DNA of 64,000 nucleotides from an uncultured Bacillota bacterium (GCA_949298195.1 CASFVT010000019.1:1664-65663); one strand, 5' to 3'; counted from the stretch's first letter, positions 9,708 to 19,458 are shown. The notes: generated by a model not told the origin, from the letters alone. Translations and numbers: made by a program.

Positions 9708-10053
9708 AGATCTCGTTTCCGTCTTCGAAGATCATTTTCCTTCGACCTTCGATGAAGCGGTACCCGACCCCGTAGATGGAATCGATTGAGCCGATGTCGA
9801 GGCCAGCGATCTTCTTCCGGATGGAAGCGATGTGCACGTCGACCGTCCGCGTCTTACGCGGAGAATCCGACTTGCCCCAAATCGCCTCGATGAGGATTTC
9901 GCGTTTCACGGTCTTCGGCATTTCGCGCCAGAGGATAACGAGAATTTCCCATTCGTGCGGGGAGAAGAAAATCGCGGTCCGCCCAGCGATCAGCCGACGC
10001 TTGCGAAGGTCAATGTAAACGCTGTTTCCCCGGTGTGGTCTAGAGTAATCCAT
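9706..10053 (-). CDS. stand-alone OmpR/PhoB-type winged-helix DNA-binding protein (no receiver domain)
   Basis: 115 aa. LSPHEWEILVILW...TVDVHIASIRKKI...IDSIYGVGYRF matches the Trans_reg_C effector domain. There is no room for a receiver domain upstream. Confidence 0.7.
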   Translation of the reverse strand: MDYSRPHRGNSVYIDLRKRRLIAGRTAIFFSPHEWEILVILWREMPKTVKREILIEAIWGKSDSPRKTRTVDVHIASIRKKIAGLDIGSIDSIYGVGYRFIEGRRKMIFEDGNEI

Positions 10054-10184
10054 AAGCCTTCTACCCTTTCCTTAGTTATCATTGACGAATATTATAAGCA
10101 AATCAAGCATTGTAAAGGCTTATTCTGGATAATATCCGCTGCTGCCTTTGATCGGGGGCACGTTGATTTTATATCCCCCCATTT

Positions 10185-10361
10185 TCAAATGACGGCCAAA
10201 ACGACGAGGCAGACGACCATCAGGACGGCGACAATCCCGAAAAACAAACACCATCCAATCGGGAAACGGTTTGGATTTCCTTGCTCAAGGCGAATTCCTT
10301 CTTTCTCAGGGATTTCAAGGGGTTCCGCCACCTGCTTTTCCTCATTTTTACCGATTTCCAT
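10185..10361 (-). CDS. possible 58-aa tail-anchored membrane peptide (below the ORF-track cutoff)
   Basis: ATG at 10361 is preceded by GGAGGGAAGCGA (strong SD, about 6-nt spacing). Reads MEIGKNEEKQVAEPLEIPEKEGIRLEQGNPNRFPIGWCLFFGIVAVLMVVCLVVLAVI, then TGA at 10185-10187. Overlaps the folT-like stop by 14 nt. Confidence 0.4.
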   Translation of the reverse strand: MEIGKNEEKQVAEPLEIPEKEGIRLEQGNPNRFPIGWCLFFGIVAVLMVVCLVVLAVI

Positions 10362-11139
10362 CGCTTCCCTCCAATAAACCCAATTTGGACATCACTGAAC
10401 AGTATACATTGACGAAGAAATTGGAGATCATGACGTTGATTGGGAGGGCTGCCGCGAGCATTGAGAGGACGAAGGGAAAGGGGACTGGGGAGGGGCTCGA
10501 CGAGAGGAAGGACAGGAAAAGGCAAAAGGCCCCGGCCTTGAGATATGTCCCGCACAGCAGCTCGGTCGAGTATGCGATGAGGAGGATTCCCCGGCCAAGG
10601 GAGGAAGTCCCCCGCCTCAAGGAAAGGAGGAAATAAAGGAAGGCCCCGAGGTTGAGGAGGACGACGACGGTGAGTACCAGGGGGAGTGCCCATTCGGATG
10701 AGGTACCGAAGAAACCGGCTAGGCCTGGATCGATGACAAGATAGGGAACAAGGGCGGCCATCGAGATGAGGAAGAGGACCGGGAGTGCATAGACGGAAGA
10801 TAACCACGGGAATCTCCGTATGAGGAAAGCAAAAAGGGCTGGGAGGGCCCCGTAGAGCCCATAGACGAGGGTGATGAGGAAATTGACTTCGATGAGGCCG
10901 GTGGGCACCAGAAAGGCCGGAATGAGGTCGGCGAGCATCCCAATGGCCGCTCCATAGAAGGGGCCAAGGAACAAGGAAGAAAAGATGATGAGGGAGGGGG
11001 TGAGGGAAAAACGGACGAAGACGAGGTTTCCCATCGGAACCAATTTGAAGATGGCGGTCGAGACGATGGCCATCGCAAGAAGAAGGGCGGCATAAGTCAA
11101 TTTCCTGCCGGCTTTCATCTTCGGGAAAAAGAGATTCAT
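10348..11139 (-). CDS. ECF-transporter S component, folate-family-like
   Basis: 263-aa polytopic protein. The N-terminal half resembles FolT-type S components. 4-nt overlap with upstream folC. Longer than typical FolT, so the assignment is tentative. Confidence 0.55.
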   Translation of the reverse strand: MNLFFPKMKAGRKLTYAALLLAMAIVSTAIFKLVPMGNLVFVRFSLTPSLIIFSSLFLGPFYGAAIGMLADLIPAFLVPTGLIEVNFLITLVYGLYGALPALFAFLIRRFPWLSSVYALPVLFLISMAALVPYLVIDPGLAGFFGTSSEWALPLVLTVVVLLNLGAFLYFLLSLRRGTSSLGRGILLIAYSTELLCGTYLKAGAFCLFLSFLSSSPSPVPFPFVLSMLAAALPINVMISNFFVNVYCSVMSKLGLLEGSDGNR

Positions 11140-12368
11140 TTTTTCCTCCTGAGTTCCCCGCTAACATAAGAGGCGAACGCCAATGAGCCCGTGAAAAGGA
11201 CGAGGGCATCGGGATGGGTCGAACTAAGACGGGAAATGGCTGCCCGGAAATCGGGAACATAGGGAAGATTGATGCCACGGGCCCGGTAGTCCTCTTCCCT
11301 CATCGCCCGTCTATGGGGAAAGCCGGTGAGGACAGTTCTCCCCAGCCCCTTTTCGTAGATCCGCAATTCTTTATTGACGTCCTTGTCAGAAAAGGAAGCG
11401 AAGACAACGCGGACATCGCGGCTAGGGAAAGCGGCCTTCAAGGACTCGAGGAGGACGGAAGCCGCTTCTGGGTTATGGGCCCCGTCGTAAAGGAAGGGCG
11501 GGTCAACCTCCAGGCGGCATGGGAGCACCCCCTCGAGAAGGCCCTTCCGGATGTCCAATTCACTGAAGGGAAAACGAAGGCGAAGGAGCATTGCTGCCGC
11601 GATGGCCATAGAGGCGTCGGTTGCAAGATAAAGGGCCGGGGACGGAATGAGGAGACCATTATAAGGGGCGAGGTCAAACCTGACATAAGGGTTGGAATAG
11701 ATTACGTTTTGGGGATTGGGGGGGGTTTTTGCAGGTGAATTCCGTTTTGCGGCCTCCATCTCAATCACTTTTTTGGCTTCGGGAGGTAAGTTCCCCAATA
11801 AAACCGGCACGCCATTCTTGATGATGCCGGCCTTATGGAAGGCGACACTGGCGAGGTCATTGCCAAGGAAACGTGTATGTTCGAGGGAGACACTGGTGAT
11901 GATCGATAGAAGGGGCTTCTCGTTAGGCAAATTCGTCGCATCGAGTTTCCCGCCCATCCCGGCCTCCACGATGGCGAGGTCGGGTTTCTTCTCGTTGAAA
12001 TAGGTATACGCGATGGCTACGAGGGCCTCGAAGGCGCTCAAGCCGCATTCCCTGATGTCCGGAAGGAGTTCTTCGATGATCCGGGCAAAAGCCGTTTCCG
12101 ATATGGCCTCCCCGTTGAAAAGCATCATCTCCCGTTCCTCATAAAGGAAGGGCTTTGAGAATAGGGCGGTTTTATAACCGGCCGCTTGGAAGATGGCGTG
12201 GAGAAAAGAGGCGGTCGAGCCTTTGCCGTTACTGCCGGCGATGTGGACGAAAGGGCACTCGAGGTGAAGGCCCGTCTTCCTCACATAGGCATCGAACCGC
12301 GTTCGCTCGTATCGCTCCATCGTGAGGTCGATTGAGCGGAGGTAGGAAATCGCGTCCTGATAAGTCAT
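11136..12368 (-). CDS. folC: folylpolyglutamate synthase / dihydrofolate synthase
   Basis: 410 aa. Mur-ligase/FolC P-loop HIAGSNGKGST and overall FolC-like layout. Contains an in-frame C8 run (11718-11725). Confidence 0.85.
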   Translation of the reverse strand: MTYQDAISYLRSIDLTMERYERTRFDAYVRKTGLHLECPFVHIAGSNGKGSTASFLHAIFQAAGYKTALFSKPFLYEEREMMLFNGEAISETAFARIIEELLPDIRECGLSAFEALVAIAYTYFNEKKPDLAIVEAGMGGKLDATNLPNEKPLLSIITSVSLEHTRFLGNDLASVAFHKAGIIKNGVPVLLGNLPPEAKKVIEMEAAKRNSPAKTPPNPQNVIYSNPYVRFDLAPYNGLLIPSPALYLATDASMAIAAAMLLRLRFPFSELDIRKGLLEGVLPCRLEVDPPFLYDGAHNPEAASVLLESLKAAFPSRDVRVVFASFSDKDVNKELRIYEKGLGRTVLTGFPHRRAMREEDYRARGINLPYVPDFRAAISRLSSTHPDALVLFTGSLAFASYVSGELRRKK

Positions 12369-12844
12369 TATTCTTCGCTTTGCCCGTGGCTTTTCTTTGC
12401 TTCCTTCACGCGCCTGGCCAAATCGCGTTCCTTGATGGAGGCCCGCTTGTCGTAGAGCTTCTTGCCCTTAGCGAGGGCGATTTCGAGCTTCGCCCGGCCG
12501 TGATGGAGGAAGCATTTGGTCGGGACGCAGGTGTATCCGCCTTCCTTCAAGCGGGCCCCGAGCTTCCCAATTTCCTTTTTGTTGAGAAGGAGTTTCCGGT
12601 CGCGGAGGTGGTCGACGTTGAAGATGTTCCCTTCCTTGTAAGGAGCAATGTGCATGTTGGCCACGTAAGCCTCCCCATCCCGGACATAGACGTAGGCATC
12701 GCTAATCGAGGCGTCGCGCCGGCGGAGCGACTTGATCTCGGTGCCGGTAAGGACGAGCCCGGCCGTCAAAAAGTCGGAAAGGAAGTACTCGTAATGGGCA
12801 CGACGGTTCTCAAGCAAAAGCGAACTTTCCTTTTTCCTCACCAT
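12368..12844 (-). CDS. smpB: SsrA-binding protein SmpB
   Basis: 158 aa. ENRRAHYEYFL, LTGTEIKSLR and HIAPY...RKLLL are hallmark SmpB segments. Confidence 0.95.
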   Translation of the reverse strand: MVRKKESSLLLENRRAHYEYFLSDFLTAGLVLTGTEIKSLRRRDASISDAYVYVRDGEAYVANMHIAPYKEGNIFNVDHLRDRKLLLNKKEIGKLGARLKEGGYTCVPTKCFLHHGRAKLEIALAKGKKLYDKRASIKERDLARRVKEAKKSHGQSEE

Positions 12845-12854
12845 GGTGGGTCAA

Positions 12855-14474
12855 TTATAGACTTCCGCTCCGTTCGATGGTGATGGAAACGGAGGAGTCC
12901 CCACCGCTACGGATGCCGTTGACGGTCAATGAATAGCCCCACTCCTCCCCGCGGTTCAGAAGGGCCTTGCCGTCCTTCCCCTCCCGGAAGAAGAAGGAAG
13001 AGAAATTTCGCATGTCGAAACGGGAGTGCTTCTCATCGGGATAAAAGAGAGTTCGGTTGTCTGCCCCGCGGAGGGGCTCTCCCTCAAAGGCCTTCTGATT
13101 CCAGAAGGTCAATTTGCCCTCGGCCTCGAGAAGATGGAGGAGAGGGGCATGGTAATCCCCGGCTGAATAGGAATAGGTGTTTGAGGCAGCCACGTCGAAA
13201 TAGCCATTGATCGGATTGCCGAGACCCTCCCAATCGATGTCGAGCGGATCGCCTTCCATGTAGACGTTCGAGGAGGAGCAATTGGCCCCGAACCCCTTCA
13301 TCCGGGCATCGACATGGTAGATTTTCACCCCGGGCATCGAGTAACCGTTCGGATAGCCATCCTGATAATGGCGGCCGGCATCGTAGCCATTGAGGCCGGT
13401 CGGGGCATAGAACTCGACGAGGATGTATTCGTCGAAGGCATGCCCGCGGTAGGGATGCCCGGCCGCCGGGATGACTAGGAAATCGCCCGAACTCACGAAA
13501 GGCAGCAGTTCGACTGTGATTTCGTCTTTTCCCTCGAAGAGGCTTTCGTCGATGACGTAGGGAGAAGCCCAGCCAATGGCGAACTTGCTGAAGGCACTAT
13601 GGTCGAGGATGCCATAATCCATCATGTCAAGCATCCCGGTCGGGGCGCGGTTCGCTTCCGTAAGCGGGGCATCGGAATCCGCGTTTCCCCGGTCGTTGGA
13701 ATAATAGTCGTCGAGTCCGAATAGATGCCCGGTTTCATGGATGAAGGTATGGGGGTCGAGTTTCAATCCCTTTCCTTTCTCCATGAAGGAAGCGGCAATC
13801 CAGCTATGGGCATTCGGGGCTGGGGAGTCGGGATTGGCTACCGCCCCCGATTGGTAGTAGGTATAGGCCCAAAGCTCGTTGATCTGCTTCTCAGTCAAAG
13901 AACCACCGTAATCGAAGCTCAGGTAGTCGGGGGCGCTATATACGAGGATGGTACCATCGATGAAACCATCCCGGTCCCCGTCGTAAGCGGCAAGGTCGAC
14001 TTCGCTACCGAGGGAAGAGACCGCGAGGGGAAGCAGGTACGAGGAGAGGCGCCTCGGTCCGGCGGCCTCGAAGGCCTCGATGAGGGAAAGCCCGGTTTCA
14101 TAGACGGGGGCAATGTCGAATTCGAGTTCTTTCTGGCCATAGGAGGATTCCTTGTAATAGCGGGCGACCGAGGGATAGCCAGGAAGTTCGGGGTCGTTAT
14201 AAAGGGAATCGAGGGAAGCGACGATTCCCTCCTCAAAGGGATGATCATCGAATTCGATGGGGACGACGAGGAGGCGGCTCTTCCCAAAGGGGGGCAAAGA
14301 GGTCCGCCCACCGGCATCGACTTGGTGGTAGAAATCGTGATAGACGAGGGGCACGCTCTCTGCCTTTTGAGGGGAAACCGTCGCTTCGATATAGGAGAAG
14401 GAATCCCCCAAACCGGCGAGGGAACAGCCCACAAGGAGGAAGGGAAGAAAAATCAACGGCAAAACGGCCTTCAT
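12855..14474 (-). CDS. M6 (immune inhibitor A)-like zinc metalloprotease lipoprotein
   Basis: Start set at MKAVLPLIFLPFLLVGC (lipobox; alternative ATG at 14483). HEXXH site HETGHLFGLDDYY resembles M6 HExGHxLGLPDxY. The longer track ORF (to 15041) overlaps the hemolysin III gene and is Pro/Arg-rich. Confidence 0.75.
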   Translation of the reverse strand: MKAVLPLIFLPFLLVGCSLAGLGDSFSYIEATVSPQKAESVPLVYHDFYHQVDAGGRTSLPPFGKSRLLVVPIEFDDHPFEEGIVASLDSLYNDPELPGYPSVARYYKESSYGQKELEFDIAPVYETGLSLIEAFEAAGPRRLSSYLLPLAVSSLGSEVDLAAYDGDRDGFIDGTILVYSAPDYLSFDYGGSLTEKQINELWAYTYYQSGAVANPDSPAPNAHSWIAASFMEKGKGLKLDPHTFIHETGHLFGLDDYYSNDRGNADSDAPLTEANRAPTGMLDMMDYGILDHSAFSKFAIGWASPYVIDESLFEGKDEITVELLPFVSSGDFLVIPAAGHPYRGHAFDEYILVEFYAPTGLNGYDAGRHYQDGYPNGYSMPGVKIYHVDARMKGFGANCSSSNVYMEGDPLDIDWEGLGNPINGYFDVAASNTYSYSAGDYHAPLLHLLEAEGKLTFWNQKAFEGEPLRGADNRTLFYPDEKHSRFDMRNFSSFFFREGKDGKALLNRGEEWGYSLTVNGIRSGGDSSVSITIERSGSL

Positions 14475-14491
14475 CCCGCACATTTTAGCGA

Positions 14492-15160
14492 TTAGCCGAG
14501 GGAAAGGTAAATGGAGAGGAACATGAGAACGGTCCCAGCGAGGCAAAAGAAGTGGAAGACCGTGTGCCACCATGGCGAATGTTTCTTCCCGATGCCGTAT
14601 AAAGCGGCCCCGATGGAATAGGCAATTCCCCCGGCTAGGAGGAGGGCGGTGCCCGGCCACCAGCCGAGGGCCATGACGATCGGGTAGAAGGCGATGATGC
14701 AGACCCACCCCATAAGGAGATAGTCGACCATCGAGAAGACGGCGAACTTCTTGATGTTGCAGCTGTTGAGAACGATGCCAAGAATCCCCAGCGACATGCA
14801 GATGGCCCAGATCGAAAAACCCCAGGCCGGGGAATAGGAACGGACGAAAGAGAGGCAATAGGGGGTATAGCTCCCCATGATGAGGACGAAGACCATGTCG
14901 TGATCCATCACCCGAAGGACCTTCTTCCCGGCGTGGCGGCCCATCGCATGGTAGAGGCAAGAAAAGAGGTACATGATAAAAATGGCAAAAAGGAACACCG
15001 AAGAGGTCGCGATGTTCCAAGGATCCCCGGTCTCCACGCATTTGATGATGAGAAACGGCCCCCCGACGAGGGCGATGAGGGTACCTAGCCCATGGCTGAT
15101 GGAATTCCAGAGTTCCTGGGCGAGACTGTAATTGGGAAGTTCGATTTGCTTGATGCTCAC
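14492..15160 (-). CDS. hemolysin III / PAQR family membrane protein
   Basis: 222 aa, 7 predicted helices, with motifs SISHGLG, LYHA and HxFxxxG-like (WHTVFHFFCLAG). Confidence 0.85.
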   Translation of the reverse strand: MSIKQIELPNYSLAQELWNSISHGLGTLIALVGGPFLIIKCVETGDPWNIATSSVFLFAIFIMYLFSCLYHAMGRHAGKKVLRVMDHDMVFVLIMGSYTPYCLSFVRSYSPAWGFSIWAICMSLGILGIVLNSCNIKKFAVFSMVDYLLMGWVCIIAFYPIVMALGWWPGTALLLAGGIAYSIGAALYGIGKKHSPWWHTVFHFFCLAGTVLMFLSIYLSLG

Positions 15161-15262
15161 GGGTTAATCATAGTCAACCTAGTTGCCAAATCAAATACAT
15201 TTAGTCTTTGTTACTAGGTTATCGCCGTGTCGTGGCTCGCGATTCATCATATAATCACGGCG

Positions 15263-16453
15263 ATGGTCAATTTTCTCCGCCGCGTCTTCATCAAGGACTA
15301 TCAAAACACCAGCGATCCGAAGGTGAGGGAAGCCCACGGGGTGCTCTCCTCCGTTTTCGGCATCGTCACCAATTTCCTCCTAGTCGTCCTCAAGGCCGTC
15401 GCGGCCATCGTCTTGGCCATTCCGACCGGGATGCTCTCCGTGGCCCTTCTGGCGGATGCCATCAACAACCTGACCGACATGGCTTCATCGCTTGTCTCCC
15501 TCGTCGGCTTCCGGGCAGCCAGCCGCCCGGCCGACAAAGACCATCCATTCGGCCACGGACGGATCGAGTACATTTCCGGTCTCATCGTCAGCATGGTAGT
15601 CGTCCTCGTCGCCGTCGAGCTCTTCAAGGGGTCGCTGGAAAAAGCCATTGAGGGCAGTGTCCAGAATTACGACATCCTGACAATGGCCGTCCTCGGGATC
15701 GCCATCCTCCTAAAGGCCTATCAAGGCTATTTCAACTTCCGGATGGGGAAACTCATCGATTCGACGGCCCTGAAGGCCACCGCGGTCGATTCCCTTTCCG
15801 ATGTCGTGGCCACCGCCTCAGTCCTCGTCTCGGCAGTCCTTGGCTATAGCCTCGGCTGGGGCTTCCTCGATGCCTATCTCGGAATGGCCGTCTCCATCCT
15901 CGTCCTCGTGGCCGGCGTCAGGATGATCATCGACACCAGCCGCCCCCTCATCGGTGAGGCGGCCAAGAAGGATTTCGTCGAGCAGGTCGTCTCCTTCGCC
16001 CTCGAACACCCCGGGATCAAGGGAGTCCACGACGTGATGATCCATAGTTACGGCCCCAACGCCCACTTCATCTCATTCCATGCCGAGATCGATGCCAAGA
16101 TGGCGATGCTCGATGCCCATGACCTCATCGACAACCTCGAAGAGGACATCCGGAAGAAGTTCCACGCCGAGGTCTCCATTCACATGGATCCCATCCTCAT
16201 CGGGGACGAGGCTACCGAAGCTGCCAAGGCCCAGTGCCTCGAGATACTCCAAGGGCTCGACGAGCGTCTTTCCATCCACGATTTCCGACTGGTGGCCGGA
16301 CCGTCCCATCTCAACATGATCTTCGATGTCCTAGTGCCATACGAGACCCAACTCGACGAAGCCAAGATCAGGTCCGCCCTCATGAAAGGATTCGAGAACA
16401 ACGTGCCAAAGGTCAATTTCGTGATTCGAATCGACCGCCCATACGAAGAGTAG
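15263..16453 (+). CDS. cation diffusion facilitator (CDF) family metal efflux transporter
   Basis: Six helices plus a cytoplasmic C-domain. Metal-site motifs LADAINNLTDM and DSLSDVVAT. Start placed at MVNFLRRVFIKDYQNTSDPKVRE (Met 13 of ORF 15227..16453). Confidence 0.85.
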   Translation: MVNFLRRVFIKDYQNTSDPKVREAHGVLSSVFGIVTNFLLVVLKAVAAIVLAIPTGMLSVALLADAINNLTDMASSLVSLVGFRAASRPADKDHPFGHGRIEYISGLIVSMVVVLVAVELFKGSLEKAIEGSVQNYDILTMAVLGIAILLKAYQGYFNFRMGKLIDSTALKATAVDSLSDVVATASVLVSAVLGYSLGWGFLDAYLGMAVSILVLVAGVRMIIDTSRPLIGEAAKKDFVEQVVSFALEHPGIKGVHDVMIHSYGPNAHFISFHAEIDAKMAMLDAHDLIDNLEEDIRKKFHAEVSIHMDPILIGDEATEAAKAQCLEILQGLDERLSIHDFRLVAGPSHLNMIFDVLVPYETQLDEAKIRSALMKGFENNVPKVNFVIRIDRPYEE

Positions 16454-16512
16454 GCGCATTCCTTCTCCCCTAGCGGGAGCTTCTTTATAATTAGGGAAAG
16501 GAGCCACGAACC

Positions 16513-16887
16513 ATGAAGGAAGCCAAAATCTACCGTTGTCCCCATTGCGGGAACATCGTCCTCGTCCTCGTCGACGGAGGGGTCAACCCCGTTTGCTGCG
16601 GGCAAAAGATGGAGCAATTGACCGCCAAGACCGGCGACCAAGGAATGGAAAAACACGTCCCGGAGGTCGTCAAGGACGGAGAAAGCCTCCTCGTCAAGGT
16701 CGGAAGCATTCCCCACCCAATGCTCGAGGAGCATTCCATCCAGTGGATTGCCCTCGTCGGGGAGAAGGACACCTACATCCACTACCTCCACCCGGGCGAG
16801 GCCCCCGAAGCACGCTTCCCCTCCCTGAAGGAAGGGACGGCCTATTCCCATTGCAACATCCACGGTCTCTGGAAGAGCACCTTCTAA
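16513..16887 (+). CDS. dfx: desulfoferrodoxin (superoxide reductase)
   Basis: 124 aa. N-terminal CPHCGN...CCGQ desulforedoxin-type site and a C-terminal neelaredoxin domain ending CNIHGLW. TATAAT and AAAGGAG lie upstream. Confidence 0.85.
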   Translation: MKEAKIYRCPHCGNIVLVLVDGGVNPVCCGQKMEQLTAKTGDQGMEKHVPEVVKDGESLLVKVGSIPHPMLEEHSIQWIALVGEKDTYIHYLHPGEAPEARFPSLKEGTAYSHCNIHGLWKSTF

Positions 16888-16903
16888 GCCCCTCTCCTGA
16901 CCA

Positions 16904-18142
16904 ATGAAAGCCCTCGTCTTATCCGGAGGCGGCTCCCTCGGTTCCTACGAAATGGGGGCCTGGAAGGCCCTTCGCGAGGAGGGCGAGCGCTTTTCCCTTG
17001 TCACGGGAACCTCGATCGGGGCCTTCATCGGGGCCTTCGTCGCCCTCGATAGGTTCGAGGAATGCCTCCGGCTTTGGGAAGGGGCGAAGGTCACCGACGT
17101 GATGAAAGACGGCTTCTCCCTCTCCAAGGATTTCTTCAAGGAAGCGCGGCTGGTCCAGGCCAACAAGCTACTGGCCTTCGCGAAGTCCTACATCACCCAC
17201 CGGGGGGCCGACATCTCCCCTTTCAGGGAGCTGATGGATCGCTACATCGATTACGAGGCCGTCTCGCGTTCGGAGGTGCCGATTGGAATCGTCATGACCG
17301 CCTATCCCTCCCTTCGGGAAGTCGATGTCCGTCTCGACCAACTCGCCCCGGACGAGATCAGGGACTGCCTATTGGCCACCTCGGCCTGCTTTCCCCTTTT
17401 CCCAATCCACTCCTTCAAGGGGCAGAAATGGATTGACGGTGGCTTCACCAACAACCTGCCGATCGATTTGGCCATCAAGATGGGAGCCACCGACATCGTG
17501 GCCGTCTCGCTCCCGGCCATCCCGCGGGTACCCCAGCATAACGAGCTCACCCGCCTCCCCTTCGTCCGCCTAATCGCTCCCCGGGAAGAAATCGGGACCA
17601 TCATGGACTTCGCTCCCCGGCGACTGAAGACGAACATGACCCTCGGGTACCTAGATGCAAGAAGGGCCCTCGGGCTCAACTTGGGCCAGAACTACTATTT
17701 CCGGATGAGCGAGGTCGAGAAACGGGCCGGGGAAAGCTTTGCCTACCAGCTCTTCAAAAAAGACCCCCTACTCCTCGAGCCGATGAATAAGGCCCTCGGC
17801 CTTGAAGAAGGAATCGCTCACCAGGCGATCGACTATCTTTCCTCGACGGCCGAGCTGGCCGCCGCCTCTTTAGAAATCGACCGCCTTCGCGAGTACAAGC
17901 TCCATGAGATCGAATACCTCATCCACGCCAGGCTCGAAGAACAGGCCCTTCCCTTTTACGATGGAAGCAATTTCCGTGACCGCCGTCTTACCCCCAAGAA
18001 GAACAAGGAGTTCCTCTTGACTTGCTATGGAGCCAAAAAACACCGCAAAAAGCCCATATTTCATAAAGACCTTTTCAAAAACAGCCCGGAAGCGGCAGCC
18101 TTGCAACTCCTGGTCAACCTCCTCTTCCGGAGGCGGTTATAA
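16904..18142 (+). CDS. patatin-like phospholipase
   Basis: GGGSLGS oxyanion loop, GTSIGA (GxSxG nucleophile) and WIDGGFTNNLP (catalytic Asp-Gly). Confidence 0.8.
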   Translation: MKALVLSGGGSLGSYEMGAWKALREEGERFSLVTGTSIGAFIGAFVALDRFEECLRLWEGAKVTDVMKDGFSLSKDFFKEARLVQANKLLAFAKSYITHRGADISPFRELMDRYIDYEAVSRSEVPIGIVMTAYPSLREVDVRLDQLAPDEIRDCLLATSACFPLFPIHSFKGQKWIDGGFTNNLPIDLAIKMGATDIVAVSLPAIPRVPQHNELTRLPFVRLIAPREEIGTIMDFAPRRLKTNMTLGYLDARRALGLNLGQNYYFRMSEVEKRAGESFAYQLFKKDPLLLEPMNKALGLEEGIAHQAIDYLSSTAELAAASLEIDRLREYKLHEIEYLIHARLEEQALPFYDGSNFRDRRLTPKKNKEFLLTCYGAKKHRKKPIFHKDLFKNSPEAAALQLLVNLLFRRRL

Positions 18143-18170
18143 AAAGACAGCCCGGCGGGCTGCCTTTTCA
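18143..18170. terminator. bidirectional hairpin terminator between convergent genes
   Basis: AAAAAGA-CAGCCC-GGC-GGGCTG-CCTTTT. An A-run and a T-run flank a 6-bp GC stem (18148-18162). Confidence 0.5.
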
Positions 18171-18182
18171 AGACAACTTGTT

Positions 18183-19283
18183 CTAGATGCTTTCGCCCGG
18201 CCCGGCGGTTCCCGTTCCTTCGAGGGGAACGTAGTCCGATAGGTTGTCGGGATAGTCGATTCCATACGACCCGTCGGGGATACTCAGCTTGATTTCGTAG
18301 TTGAAGCTCAGGTCAAAGCCGATGCTTTGCCCCTCGCCCAACGCGAGTTCCTCAACCGACACTTCGAAGCCGAGGCCGAAGGTGAAGTTGGCCCCGGTCA
18401 GGGTTTGGGTCATGACGGCATTTTCCAACGAGACGCTCTCGAGGAGCAGAAGAAGCGAGACGTATTGGCTCGGATCCTCGGCTTCGCCCATCATCATCCT
18501 GAGGAGCTGCATGATGTTGGCTTTCTCGATGTCGACGGTGACCGAATTGCCATCCTCGACATAACTCGCACTGCCGAGGAAGGAGAAGTCGTTGTGGAGA
18601 AGGGCCACCGAATCGGCCAGCCCGGTCTTCGCCTCGGCGATTTCCTCCTCGCTCATCGAGACCGAGACAGGTGATTGGAAGAGGGGGAAGCCCTCGGGAA
18701 GGACAAGGCTCAGCATCCCGGTGATGCTTGGGGCCATCTTGCTCAAGTCGAGATACATCGTGCCTTCCTTCAAGTAGACGGAATAGGGCAGTTGGTCGGA
18801 CAAAGGCGTGGGGGTGGATGGCACTTCGGGCGTGAGGCTATTGCTCAAACCGATGGTCGCGGCGAAATCCCCGTCCCCTTCGATCCCGATCCCGAGTTCC
18901 TCGTTGGCCTGAAGGCCGGTGAACATCCCACTGGAGGAACTTTCGAACCGATCGATGGAAATGTCGACGTAAGTGATCGATTCCGGCGTGGAGTCCTGGA
19001 GGGTCGGATCGGAACCAGAGGACGAGGCCATGGCCATATCGATGTCTCCATTCATGGATAAGTCCATGTTGACGATCTCGATGTCGCTGGCCGCTGCGTA
19101 GGCCTTCCGCGAGGCCTCGAGGCGGGCTTTGAAGGCTTCTTCCGGCGTCTCCCCCGGATCGGATTGGCTCGTCATCGCCCCTCCGGCGGTCGAAGTGGAA
19201 ATAGAGGCATCTTCACTTGGCTCACATCCGGCAAGGCCGAGGGCCAAAATCACGGCGAGAAGGGGTAAAAACTGTTTTTTCAT
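18183..19283 (-). CDS. lipoprotein, unknown function
   Basis: MKKQFLPLLAVILALGLAGC signal/lipobox. The mature part is acidic and Ser/Thr-rich with no recognisable domain. Confidence 0.7.
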   Translation of the reverse strand: MKKQFLPLLAVILALGLAGCEPSEDASISTSTAGGAMTSQSDPGETPEEAFKARLEASRKAYAAASDIEIVNMDLSMNGDIDMAMASSSGSDPTLQDSTPESITYVDISIDRFESSSSGMFTGLQANEELGIGIEGDGDFAATIGLSNSLTPEVPSTPTPLSDQLPYSVYLKEGTMYLDLSKMAPSITGMLSLVLPEGFPLFQSPVSVSMSEEEIAEAKTGLADSVALLHNDFSFLGSASYVEDGNSVTVDIEKANIMQLLRMMMGEAEDPSQYVSLLLLLESVSLENAVMTQTLTGANFTFGLGFEVSVEELALGEGQSIGFDLSFNYEIKLSIPDGSYGIDYPDNLSDYVPLEGTGTAGPGESI

Positions 19284-19410
19284 GATGGGAATCCTCCTAA
19301 CGGAACTAGGTTATGCCCTTGAAGGGGCCCGGTCAAACCAAACGAGAGGGCAATTCATGGGGTGCATCGAATACATCTGGATTTTCTACGCTCTACTGGA
19401 AAATGGTAGT

Positions 19411-19441
19411 TCAAGAGAAAGGCTCCCATCGTCGGGGAGCC
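19411..19441 (-). terminator. intrinsic terminator downstream of gpmA
   Basis: Minus strand GGCTCCC-N7-GGGAGCC (19421-19441) followed by TTTCTCTTGA. Confidence 0.6.
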
Positions 19442-19458
19442 GGTCTTTTCGAGTGGAT

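Noticed and set aside
10220-11278. Long alternative-frame or antisense ORFs over well-supported genes. Examples: 267-734(+), 1433-2116(+), 2144-2863(+), 10220-11278(-), 21368-22468(+), 50827-51774(+), 50870-51679(-) and 53992-54681(-).
   Set aside because: They are Pro/Arg/Gly/His-rich, low-complexity translations typical of shadow ORFs in high-GC DNA. Each overlaps a gene with clear family motifs, and none has a convincing RBS.
11718-11725. C8 homopolymer inside folC as a possible frameshift or pseudogene site.
   Set aside because: It reads in frame (KTPPNPQ) within a full-length FolC. I used it only as an internal control for homopolymer accuracy.
14475-15041. N-terminal 189-aa extension of the metalloprotease ORF (track ORF 12855..15041).
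   Set aside because: The extension overlaps the hemolysin III gene in another frame and is Pro/Arg/His-rich. A canonical lipoprotein signal (MKAVLPLIFLPFLLVGC) begins at 14474.
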